A stretch of 60,000 nt of DNA from positions 46,130,001 through 46,190,000 of the forward strand of contig OZ249436.1 of NCBI GenBank assembly GCA_965235115.1, written 5' to 3'. Each line of letters starts with the position of its first letter. Position 1 is the stretch's first letter. The position numbers and the translations under genes were made by a program. Shown one piece after another: positions 23,578 through 35,900 of this stretch. The DNA is from Laetmonice hystrix (taxonomy: Eukaryota). The notes beneath the pieces were generated by a model. The model was not told where the DNA came from. It saw only the letters and a list, made by a program, of their open reading frames with translations, and did not search any database.

Positions 23578-25789
23578 ATGAGTCTGGATACATCACCTTA
23601 CCGTTATGAAGTCATGACAGACAGGAAGAGCCTTCAAAATGCCCTCAGACGCCAAGAAGAGCGAATTATGGTAAGCCTTACGTTAGCTAGAGTGAAACTG
23701 AAAAGGGTGCGTGAAAGGTCGCGAACAAAACCAACAATGTGGAACCCAACAAGTGCAACCGTGTAACGTTAGACCATCTCATTCTCAGTCCAGTTCTATG
23801 GCCGAGAGTATCTAGATCTACGACATAGAGTCTACATAGAGACCTAGTCGTAGACTGATCAATAGTACTACAAGTTGAACAACAGCAGGGGCGTAGGAAG
23901 CTGGGGGTAGAGGGGGCTGCTGCCCCCCTCCCAATATTTATAGAATGACGGCATGGCTCAATGCAAAAGCATAGGCATAAGTCATTGTGACGTCACTTCT
24001 TCCCCCCCCAATATTTTTTTCCTTCCTACACTACAAAGTACAATAGGCCTAGACGTTCTTTGCCAGCTGGCCTTTTAATTAACGTCGCAACCAAGTGACA
24101 GTGTAGCCACTAACATAATAAATTTATGGATCACAAAAGTTTGTTTTCTTTTAAGTTTTAGACTCTACTCTACTCTCTAGTAGGTAGACCTACTCTTTGA
24201 CGAGTCCAATGAATACAGCACAGTCAAAGGAGGGGGGGGGGGGGGGCAAGGTGGGTGGGTGGGGGTGCATGTTTTGTGCGAACCTTTCATTTTCATTTCG
24301 AGTAGAACCCCCCCCCCCCCCCCCGAAAAATCACTTCGTAACGGGGGGGGGGGGCGCTGCAACCCCAGTAACCCCCCCACCCCCCGCATAAATCCCACTG
24401 ACAGATACACAGTGATAGGCCCTACAACATACGATGATATAGTACATGGCCACAACTTAAGCATAGTGACTTTCTTTACAAGAAGAATTGAAGAAACTTT
24501 AAAACAAATTGGCGCCAAATGGGTGGTGATCAGGGTGCCCCCCCTCCCCCTCCCCCTCCCCCTCCCCCTCCCCCTCCCCCTCCCCCTCCCCCTCCCCCTC
24601 CCCGCCCGTGTCAGTTGATCCTACTACTATTATAAAAAAAGAATTGTAGTGGCAGGTAGGCCTATCATTCCGTTATTATCATCTACATTGGATCACAAGG
24701 CATACCACCTATCTTATCTCCAGTGTGACTGGCACTGAAAACAGTGTAAATATAATACTTAGCCTTAGGTTTATTCCGACTATTTCAGAGGGACGAAATG
24801 ATGGACGCACGGGAGAACAAAGTCCTCGTGTAAGTCTATCTAAAATTACATAAAATATAGATTCTAGTACTATTGTTTTAAACTGAAATAGCTCATCAGT
24901 TAACGTTAAAAATATGGAGGCTTGCTCGGTGAATTTTCTGTCAGATCCCATGACCGTAATTATAGTCAATACCATAGTAAAATGGTCAAAATATGTTTAA
25001 AGCTATCATATTGACCATCCCCCACCCAAAAAAATGATTATATAGATAGAATGCTACTCGATCTTTAAATTGAAAGTGGACCTCGAACTTAAAAAGTTAC
25101 GGGGAAATGGTCATTTCAATTGTTGGGGTTTTTAACTTCAGTGAAGCAGACATCAACTTAAAGAATGAATGGAAGGAATCTCTGGAAGATTGTGCACAGC
25201 AGCGTGCCTTCGGACTGAGCAGAAAACAAACCGACAATGAAGTCCGTCTAGCCCAGAAAGCGTCTATCATGGTTAGTAGATGTACTACCTTTAAAATAAA
25301 CATTAAATTTTATTATATAAGGCCTACTTGTGTATTACCGATATCGAAGCACGTTAAACAGATAAGGTTTAAAGGTATATTTTTTTCATATTTTTATACT
25401 CGATTGTTAAAGGGACTCCATGATATCCTTTGCATGGTGACATCAACTTGTAACCTGGCTAGTAATGTAAAAATATAGCGACCAAGCAGAACAATATGCC
25501 GTATTGTAATAGTGAAACATTGGCACCATTGGTAACCAGGTATGTCCCATGTATGGTGGACCAGATTGTCACAATGTTACCGATAGTCTCAATACATTAT
25601 ACAGTCCACCCTTCGAAAGTAATTGGTACAGACAATTTCTTCACTATAATGTTATTATTCACCTCTCGACTTTGGTTTCCTGTCCAGGTTCGACGTGCAG
25701 CGCTCAAGCGACTCCTCGATATCGAATACCAGAAATTTGAGAATGAGCTACAAGCACTGGGAAAGGCCTTTTACGTCAAACGAACCTAG
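23578..25789 (+). CDS. CFAP141: Cilia- and flagella-associated protein 141 (C1orf189 homolog), 4 exons, 121 aa
   Basis: Exons 23578-23670, 24789-24829 (41 nt, needed to restore phase), 25142-25271, 25688-25789. C-terminus MVRRAALKRLLDIEYQKFENELQALGKAFYVKRT resembles the C1orf189 C-terminus as I recall it (MVRQAALHQLFEKE...GKAFYVERF). Tandem AATAAA at 25948-25959. Confidence 0.88.
24540..24603. repeat. (CCCCCT)n simple repeat
   Basis: About 10 hexamer units in CFAP141 intron 1. Confidence 0.9.
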
Positions 25790-26241
25790 CTGTAGGCATT
25801 ATTTATCCCAGATACTGCTCAGTAATGTAATTTATTCCTTTTTATCAAATGCTACCAGTGCAATAACTGGATATTGAAATTTTGTGTTTGCTGTTTTCGC
25901 ATGTTTAGGAAAATATTCATATAGGACCTTACTTTCGTCACATTATGAATAAAAATAAAGCATCTTGCTTTCCCTACATATCATTTCTTGGAGTTTCATT
26001 TGGAATGAGCTAAAGTCCTAACAACCTGTATTACTTTAGGCTTCAGTTTAATCCAATTTGCTGTGAAATATAATTACTTTGTCAGTCCCCAAGTGGTAAA
26101 TCGAACTGGAAAGGTTCTATAGATTCAGATGTGCCCTTCGTGGAGGTCCTGCACTGTAACACCCGTCTCATATGAGGTGACTATACCTTCGCAGCTTCCG
26201 CTGCTGGGAGTCGGTCTGGACCCGGGTACAGAATTACAATA

Positions 26242-28317
26242 CGGCTCAGTCACAATCAGGGTACCCAGTGGTTTGCAAATTGGTCCAATTTTTTTTTTCC
26301 TCAAATAGGAGTAAGTCATACAATGATTTTTGCAGAAATGTGTCAGGATTCAAATATAACAAACCCTGTGAAGCATTCGCACTCTGTTTTCGAGATACCA
26401 GGTTTCGAATAACATGTGTCCCATGGGGGTACGGACAGGACAGGGCTGCCGACAAACCAAATTCAGATCGTCAAATGACCAAGAGGGCTCTTGAAACAGA
26501 TGTCAAACCGTGTCCAATCTGATCTCAGACCTACCAATACCATCTGGGCTTATGTTAAGAACAAATAGCAAGCCGAATTGGATGAACAACCAAACAATAA
26601 ATTGTATCAGATCAGTCCCGTCGTGAACCAAAGGTATCATCACGGCCTGACCCAACGTTGGCATGAAATTGTTTTTACTTGATGCAGGATTGGTCATTCT
26701 AGATTAATCCACGTGTTTTTATTGAAGGGGAGCCACCTCCAGAATGTTATGGCTGTCAATGTCCTTTGACACTGAAGCATCTTTTACTTGAGTGTGGTGA
26801 TTTTACTCTGATCAGACAACGGTTTTATAATGAGACAAGTCTTAAGGACCTTTTTAGCAATGTCAGACCAGTATGTGATTTTAGAGTTTTTGCCAGAGGC
26901 TGGACTTCTTACTCTTTTATAGTTAAGGCTCGTCGATAGCCCTGTTGGGCTGACAGGATTGAGTTTGTTTTAATTCCCGTTGGGGCCCGGGATAAAATAG
27001 GTTCCTTTCACTTTATGGTCTTTTAACCCTGTTTTCGCCATGAAGATGACCCCGGGTGCCGACACGACGAAACCACCACTACTCACTCACTCACTCACTC
27101 ACTCACTCACTCACTCACTGCAATATATATGCAAACAGAAACTGATTATGTTCACACATCCTTCACTTTAAATAATGTCCTGTCCGTACCCCCTTCATTA
27201 TTTTCGGGTTACAGTGCTGCCTATTAAATTAAAGCAGAAATCAGATAGCTTTTAAATTTCTTATTGTTATACATATAATGTAGCAAGTTTTGCAAATTAA
27301 TGCAGTAATCACAATATTAACACCAGATTTACTGAACTAAAATACATTTTTGAAGCATATAAGTTTAGATGGTGCATAACCCGTCAGTAAATTTCCCTTG
27401 TATTAAAACTTTGAGCGAAATATTGCATGAACTAAATGTATTATTGCCTTTACAGTTTATCCAGTAGTAAATAATCAACATATTGTCATATTCACTTGAT
27501 AAAACTTCATCAAATTAAAGCCTATAGCAAGGGGGTACGGACAGGACGACGGGGACGGACAGGACAAAATGCGAGTTGTGTCTTGTTTTTCAGGACGCAA
27601 CAGTGTGAAACCTCTTATAAATATTGTATTTAAGGACGTTCAAAGAAGGGCTACACATGCACAATATGGCACAAGTAGCTGCTTTTAGAGTAGCGAGATG
27701 CCCCATGGGGTACGGACAGGACAAAAATTTCTGGAAATAACAGCATGCAAAAGGATTCATACCTATTTTCATATATGATAACACCCAAACTTTTTTCTCC
27801 ATCCCAGTTCCAAATAAACATTATTACGTTTAAACCAGTGGCATTAGTATGCATTTATGTTGGAAATTACAGATATCAGGTAAGGTTTTGGTCATTGTAA
27901 TAAAAATATCGCTATTTTGTAACGAACAACACATTATTGAAAACATTCTGGTACTTTCGTCACAGAGGTCAGATTTCAACCAGAATACCTGCATATAAAG
28001 AGAAAATGTTAACAAATTTATTATGCATATCTACATTAGTGTAATTGTAACATTAAACTGACATTTACGTTATGCAAAACAACGTAATTTCATAAGTGCA
28101 AACCCGTAACAACTAAAACCTGCCATTCTTCCACATGTAAAACCACTTTTAGAAACATGAACTTCAACATCGACCAAAAGAAGGTGCATGGATGTATGTG
28201 TGTTAACAAGACACTTCGTATAATGAACATAAACTGTGGCTCTTTATTGGTATAGGTGTGCAAAGGTTGCTGTAACATTACATAGTCCTAAAATGACACC
28301 TGATTGTGACTGAGCCG
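26242..28317. mobile_element. Non-autonomous DNA transposon (about 2.1 kb including a LINE insert)
   Basis: Perfect 19-bp inverted ends CGGCTCAGTCACAATCAGG / CCTGATTGTGACTGAGCCG; internal GGGTACGGACAGGAC motifs at about 26427, 27176 (reverse), 27533 and 27707; no clean TSD. Confidence 0.65.
26682..27119 (+). mobile_element. 5'-truncated LINE (I/Nimb-like clade): ORF2 C-terminus, 3' UTR and (CACT)n tail
   Basis: Frameshifted CRIGHSRLIHVFLLKG/EPPPECYGCQCPLTLKHLLLECGDF..RQRFYNETSLKDLF, the C-terminal CCHC region of LINE ORF2; (ACTC)n tail at about 27079-27119. Confidence 0.85.
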
Positions 28318-29994
28318 AGAAGGAAATTTTTGGGCAATGCATTTCTGAAAGAAATCGAAATAACAAGACACCATGCAATAATTCAATTTTATACCATTTA
28401 TTTTACATGTATATTGACAGTGGCACATGTAAAGATGAATTGATTACAAGATCAGAAAGTCTTTCATTCAATTCATTTTAAACAAGCCCGGCATGGGAAG
28501 AGGTACTTAGAATCTCCTTGTAAAATCAAGCTCGTCAGGTCCTGTACATCTACGTGTACACCTCAGTCATAAAACTGGGGAAAAGACTTCTTTCATACAG
28601 CAAACATACTCGGTAACAAAGGTTTTTATTCTGAATGGTACCACACAGCAATATTTCTGAAGTGATTTTTCCTTAACGCGTGCCAACTCTGTAATCTCTT
28701 CCCTTTGCTATGACATTAAATACGACGATACAGCCAGGACAGGACGTGGCTCGGTTTAAAAAAAATCGCCTCTACTGATCAGATATATTGTAGATGCACA
28801 TGATACTGCATGATTGGATATTACTGTTGCGCACTTAGCTTCCTTTACAAATGTTTACAGTTCTCCCCTTCTACATTGTAGAAAAATAAAGAAGAAAGGG
28901 GAAAAAGCCATAGGCCTAACGCTTTTCATCTAATTTACTCTCCTTTCTCTGAGCTGCCAAGTATTTGGATCCATAAAGGATGAAATCACTTCCTGATCTT
29001 TGTTCTGACAAGCAGGAAATTATTAAACTGATTGACGGTTGAGGATTCTAAATAAAGTAACATGATGCCGGTATTGTCGCCATTCCTGTCGGCCTCATCC
29101 GCCGGGACCGGCCGAGTGTGGCGCCAACCACTGTATGACTAGTCCCACGTGGCTCGCAGCCCGTAATAACAAATCGTGATGACGGCCCTGTCCGGATCTC
29201 TTGGACTTATATCGGACACCCTCCGCCTATACAAACACCAGGTTATTTGTATAGGTGTCTCCAGCCACTGATATAGAACTTTGGTAAAATGCTTTTGAAT
29301 TGATGCCTCCAGTTGAAAGTGACAGAGATAGTATTGTAAGGTTCCGGCTTATCTTTATGAAAATCAATCTATGCCTCAGAGGTGCAAAATCTAGGAGGGG
29401 AAAGGCTGCGAAACTAATATCACTTTAATCAATGATTAACAATCAAATAAATTAATCCGTTTCCTCCAACTCAGATCAACAGATTTGGTATATCATGTGT
29501 AGGTCTATATAATTAATATAATTAATTAATATAATTCACCTTAGACATTCAGTTTGAGACATTTAAGCGGTTTTTGACAGAACTTTGAACATGAAGTACA
29601 AAAACTAATCAGGATTCATTTTTGGAGTCAAAATTGATGTCTTCGCCTTTTATTGAGGTAAACAATTAGATTTATTCAAGTATTTATAGCACCTTTAATT
29701 CAAAGTGCATGGCAGTCACAGAAATGATGATGTATCCAATTCGTCATAGAGAAGCTGGACTCTACCCTGTTCAGTGACATTAGCACGTGACTAGAGTACT
29801 ATGACAATATATACAAACTTTCACACACCTACCATTTTCACTCAAGGAATTGATCGTGTAAAATATTATTATATCAATGAAATAAATCATGTCAATATGT
29901 ACAAATGAAAATAAATTACAAATGATCATTTTACAAAAGAAAAAAGATTTGATTGTTTTCCGCCTATTAACATTTCTCCCTCAGGAGTCCACTA

Positions 29995-32900
29995 CTATTG
30001 GAGTCTGTCTTGGGTTGTTGTAATCCTATATGTGACACCTGTGTCGGTGACCTGTGGTATAGGTGCCACATGTATCAGACCCTGAGGTAGACACGATCCT
30101 ACCTTACCAACACCATCATCACCATGATTGTCTGCCAACGCTGGACCTGTCTCAGCTCTGTCACCCTGCCCACTGTCGCCTTGCTCCGCCCCGCCTGACC
30201 TCTCACCCCTGCTGACCTTTGACACCGTTTTTCTTGGCACCGATTTCCGTTTGTTCTTGGGGTAGTTATGCTCAGTGTCCGGGAATCCGTCCACCGAATC
30301 GAGGGATCGTTTACTTGACATGGAGTTCAGAATCTGGGCCGCTTCCTCGTCCGTACACTCGGTGCCAGGGTCTGTCAGACCGTGCTTCACCTTCTTGTGT
30401 CGGTTTAGGTTACCTGGAAAACAAAACGGGCAGGGCTCATATATTAGTCAGCTAGCAATAGGCATTTCATTTTCATGGCAAGCGCATCACCCCTCATGGG
30501 TAGAACCAGGCCAGTAAGGGAGTGGGAGGACTACTTTGCCATCAGGAAATCTCAACAAACATTCATAGAATTTCATGTAATAGAAAAGGAATGCGTTCAC
30601 CCTTCAGCAAATAAAAGAAATCTAATTACTACATATCACATATATGACAGGAGATTCGTCCATGAAATAAATGATCTGTTATGAATAATATCAAAAAGTG
30701 CCATTTGGTCGTACGATGGTAGAATGGGAATAGACCATGTTTAATATACGTCATGTACAATGTAGTACTACATGTACATGTATATGTCATAACCTCCCAG
30801 GCATTATGTTCAAACTGTCATGCTCAGACCCCATGCCCCCCCCCCCCCCCGCCATGCCCCCGCCTAACGAAACATCACATTAAACCAGATTTTGTCTGGC
30901 AATTAGCATTTCTTGACCTTTCTCTCTCTTTGAGTACAGCAATTTCTGAAGTAGCTTTTCCTCAACGACTTCCAACTGTGTAATATCTTCCCTTTGCTAT
31001 GACTTACATTGATGACATTAAAAACCAAGGGGATACAGGCAGGAGAGGACGTGGATCGGTTTCAAATGATTTCAATAACGTTCTTAGCCTACTTGTGTGA
31101 CCACAATATAAAGAGTAGCTGTGGCCACAAGTGCCTTCAATAACAACCACAGGAGGATCATGATAGCTGTTGAGTAATACTTCCGTGGTCCTGCAATCTA
31201 TCATTGTTGGACAGGTTCCTAAGAATCAATCCACAGGATACGTTCCTTACTTACCGCAGGCTTTACGTTACAGCATAGAGAAACATTATCATTATCAGTT
31301 ATAATAATCATTCTAGGTGTGACAGTTCTCTGGGAAACAAAAAGATCAAAGTATGTCATCATAGAATGTATAATCCTATTCACTAACTGTATCTGTGCAA
31401 GGACGAGATCATAAAACACATCACGAATTTGATAAAGCGCCAAGTAGAAACAAACATCAATGACGTAACCTGAACACTAGCTTATATAGAAAAAGTTTAG
31501 ATATACACCAGTTCACAGGCCACTGAATACGTCTGCCATTAAAGGGAAGGGAAACTGGCAACAAATTCTAACGTCGACATTCTAACATTGCCTAAATTTC
31601 CTTGCGAGAATGTCATGCAAAGTCGGATGTTTTCCACTGAAAATGACGAGTCTTTTTTTCTGGTTTGTTTTGGTTTTCTGCTCTTAGTCTAGGGAGAAAG
31701 ATTATATTTATACCCAACATAACCTAATAAGTAGGGTTATCTACCCTGTGACATGTTGGTAAACACTCGGGTGATATTATTGGAGGGAGATTTTTCACTT
31801 GTATCTGGATTTACCTTCTCTTCAACTACTGACAAAAAGTAAACATACAATACAGAAAAACATGAGGGTTTAAAGGGCAATGTGAGTGTTAAAAGCGCCG
31901 CGTAGTGAGTCGCATTAGTACTACTGGGGAAATGTGAGTGTTCAAAGCGTTCAAAACAGAAAAATGTTTGGCTTATTTATGCAGTCAACTAGTTTGATGT
32001 GGAAATCAGTAGTATTTTTTAAACCATGAACCAAACTGTGTGCCAGAACCTGTCTACTCCATTGAATGCTATAGTCAAACCCGTGTTTAACCAAGGCACT
32101 GACTGTTTGGCAGGCTGTAACTTTTTTTTAATTCGGTGACCCCCAATTTTTTTTTGTTTTAAACTATTAGTCCTGATCCACTTTATCTTGTCACCGAGTT
32201 TCAGGAGAAAATCAGTGGTCGTTTTTTAACTATTAGTCAAAATGTTTGAAAAATCCCGTTTTTCCCATTGATACCCACAGTAAAGACCCATTTTTTACGG
32301 AGGCCTGTATAAAAAAAATCTAATTCGCTGACATATGATTTTTTTTGTTTCTTTGTACACCTAACTTTAGACAAAGGCTATCCCCCATAAAAGTATTTTG
32401 AAAATTCTAGTGGTCAATCAAATTCCGTCGAACACTCACATTTCCCTTTAAATTGCCTAAGCTGACCTATCTGGAATGACATTGCCCATCTGCCCTGCCC
32501 AGTTGTGTGATATTTATCATCCGACCACTTGGCTGGGAAACATGTGTGTCATGTCTTTCCTGTAACTTGTAAGGACCTTGAGTAGTATGAGAATATTCAA
32601 GGTCAGTGTGCGGGGGTGACAGACTGGGCTGGGTTGGGCTGGGTTGGGGTGGTGGGTGGGGGGTTGTGATTGAGTCACACTGGCAGAACTGTTCCCGTTA
32701 GTGGTGTGACAACACATGGACCAATGCCGACACGGGCCGGGTGACCGGAAGGAAACCTGACACGAACTCTTGGTATGTTTTTTTGTCGCTTGACTGCTGA
32801 ACATAATGCTCTGCGATAAATTGTCTGGGGATGGGTTCCAATACTGGATCATGACTTCCTGCAGGGGGAGGGGGTCGGAGTAATACATGAACATGTAACC

Positions 32901-35900
32901 AGATCCCAGGAGGTGGACTGACGCTGTGCCTCCATTCAGTGGAATTAAGAGGTCTGCAGGATGTTGACAAGGAAACTGGCACTCCATTGAGTTCTAGCAA
33001 ACTTTGTTTAAACATCATGTCGTGATGGGGTCAAACCACAGCAGCAGCACATGTTCTCAGGTGGTGCCATCTGTTGGATATCAATAACACTACATGGCCA
33101 GTCGCCTTCAGTCGGCCGACCTGCTTACTGATTTCAATGTTACTATAAGATCAGTAACCAGACGCGGATTTAACGGGGGTTTCTGGGATTAAAGCCCCCC
33201 TTGGAAACCAATTATTCTTTCAACTTTCCAAATTACCCCTGCTGAAACCCCCCACTTAGCAAAATTTTCCCCCTTAACAAATCCTGAATCTGTCCCTAGT
33301 CATGGGTAGGACTATCATTAAATCTTTATTGTTTCTCGGCTGAAGGATTTTTATTGCTTTTTTATTAAAATAAAGAAAACATCATTAAGAAAAAATCAGA
33401 TTGAGCAGAATTATAAGATATTTGTGTAAATTGTATTTTTGATAGGTGGATTAAAAGGGGAATCAGGCACGAGAGCAGTGGCTAAAAACAAATATGAAAA
33501 AAATCAGGGGTGGGGGGGGGGGGGGGGGTGGGGGGGGGGGGGACTAGTCCTAAGCTGGTGTCATGGGGCAGTGCCCTGATGAAAAGAATCTGATTTCCGA
33601 GGAATAGCAGAATACTCTCATCCCTGAACAATGTGATGTACACTAAGGTCAGGGATAGGGTAGGGATATGTTTTTGGGAGGTCTATATAGGGACTGGTGT
33701 TAGGGGTTAGGTTTAAGGTCAGGGATAGGGATATCTTTTTGGGAGGTCTAGGGACCGGTGTTAGGGGTTAGGGCTAAGGTCAGGGATAGGGTAGGGATAT
33801 GTTTTTGGGAGGTCTAGGGACCGGTGTTAGGGGTTAGGGCTAAGGTCAGGGATAGGGTAGGGATATGTTTTTGGGAGGTCTAGGGACCGGTGTTAGGGGT
33901 TAGGGCTAAGGTCTGGGATAGGGATACTGATAGCTCTTTACTTCTAACCAAATTTCGTGGAGTTTAAGTTATTGAATTATATACTGACCTTTCAGAGTAA
34001 AGGCTGCCCCACAGAAACAAACATGTGGCCGGGAGTCTTGGTGCATGTGCATGTGGCCCTGAAGGTTATGAAGACGTCCAAATTGTTTTCCTGGAAGCAC
34101 AGAAAAATGGTGGCTTACCCTGTGACTTTAGTACTTCAATAAATGACTAGCCTGGTCATAGCAACCACGACAAAATAGCAAGTTATCAACACCAATTTCT
34201 AGATGAATTCCTTATAGATTTTGATGAATAGAAATAGTGTCGGTTATTTTACCCTGTTAAATACGTATGCCACATATAAAAATGTATTTTCCAGTTTCAA
34301 ATTTGAGAATTTGATCTCTGATTCCTATGTTAGAAATTGAAAAGGACTAATAAATGAGAGTGGCCTGAAAGTTGCTCCGAGGCTCTTAAAACTCAATAAA
34401 ACATCAATGATAACAGGTTGAGAACTACAAATTAACAAGTTAAATCCTGCGACGTACCACAAACTGTACACTGGTAGGGTTTCTTCTCAGCATGAGTAAC
34501 CTGATGTGCCTTCAGAGTCTGTGGCTGGGAGAACGACCGATTGCACACCTCACACTCAAACTTCTTGTCGTTTTCATGAACCAGCATATGTCTCTGCATG
34601 TTCGCTTTTTGGTTGAAGGAACGAAAGCAGATCTGACACAGCCAAGGTTTGAGGCCTGTGTGTGTGAACTGGTGCGCCTTCAAATGGTGTTCCTGTAACA
34701 GGGAAAATAACATTTGAAATATTTTTGATACTCTATCCAAGGTATTCTCCCAACGGTTCAAATGAAATAGTTCACCTTACCATAGTTATCTTTTTTGTAC
34801 CTAAACGATAACCAGATACTGATGAGAAGTTATAGCTTATTAAAAAAAAAGTTTCAGTGGCTGAAGTGGTTATACAGTCAAGGTAGAAAAGGTTGTAGAA
34901 TTCCTATTATTATAATTCTGACTATTGCAACACTATTTTCACTTGCTAGTTTGGTTAAATGTTCTAGTACATTGGGTCATGAATTTAAAAAAAATGAAAT
35001 AAGGTAAGAAAAATCATCATGAGGGTCGTAGCTGATTAAAGATTATCATTACATGATACCTTCATGAATTCCATGCCACATTCGCCACACATAAAGGGTC
35101 GCTTCCCGGAATGTTTGATCATGTGATCCCTGAGCTGACTTGGATACGTATACCTCTTCCCACACTCCTTACAAGTCAAGTCAGCCTCGTCTCTGTGCGA
35201 CACCTGCACATGGGCCTTTAACCGTACTGGACTGTCGAAGGCTGCCCCACAGGTGTCGCAAATATTATCCTTAGATCGGTTGTGTTTTTCTACATGCGAC
35301 TTGAGTTCACATGGATACGCGAAGCCACGGCCGCAGATCTCACATACGTAGGGTCGTCGTTCCATGTGGACTGCCATGTGACGTTTGACGTGACTGGTCT
35401 ACAAGTAAACAAAATAAAATCGTGACTCTCTAGCATCAATCATGATTAATGTGAGCTGTAAGTACTGATAATTCATCTCTTGAAATAAAATGTCTTAAAG
35501 CAATCAGTGAGTATAGATCTCTCATCTCAATCACCCCAAATGCCCGATGAATTTCATTGGCTGTTCAAGTCAATGCCAGGTCAACCACCAGCCATGAAAC
35601 GTTCGCTTCCTGGTGACAACAGGCAACTGGAATGTTGAATTTCATAGGCTGTTCAAGTCAATGCCAGGTCAACCACCAGCCATGAAACGTTCGCTTCATG
35701 GTGACAACAGGCAACTGGAATGTTGAATTACATTGGCTGTTCAAGTCAATGCCAGGTCAACCACCAGCCATGAAACGTTCGCTTCCTGGTGACAACAGGC
35801 AACTGGAATGTTGAATTTCATTAGATTTCTCCATTACTGTGGGTATACATTTATTGATTTATGTAGTCTAAGGCCTCCTCTAACCTAACACTAACAGCCC

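Noticed and set aside
32517..33018. 156-aa and 106-aa minus-strand ORFs in the last ZNF intron
   Set aside because: No homology recognised, and inclusion would interrupt finger 11, which splices cleanly from 33989 to 30413.
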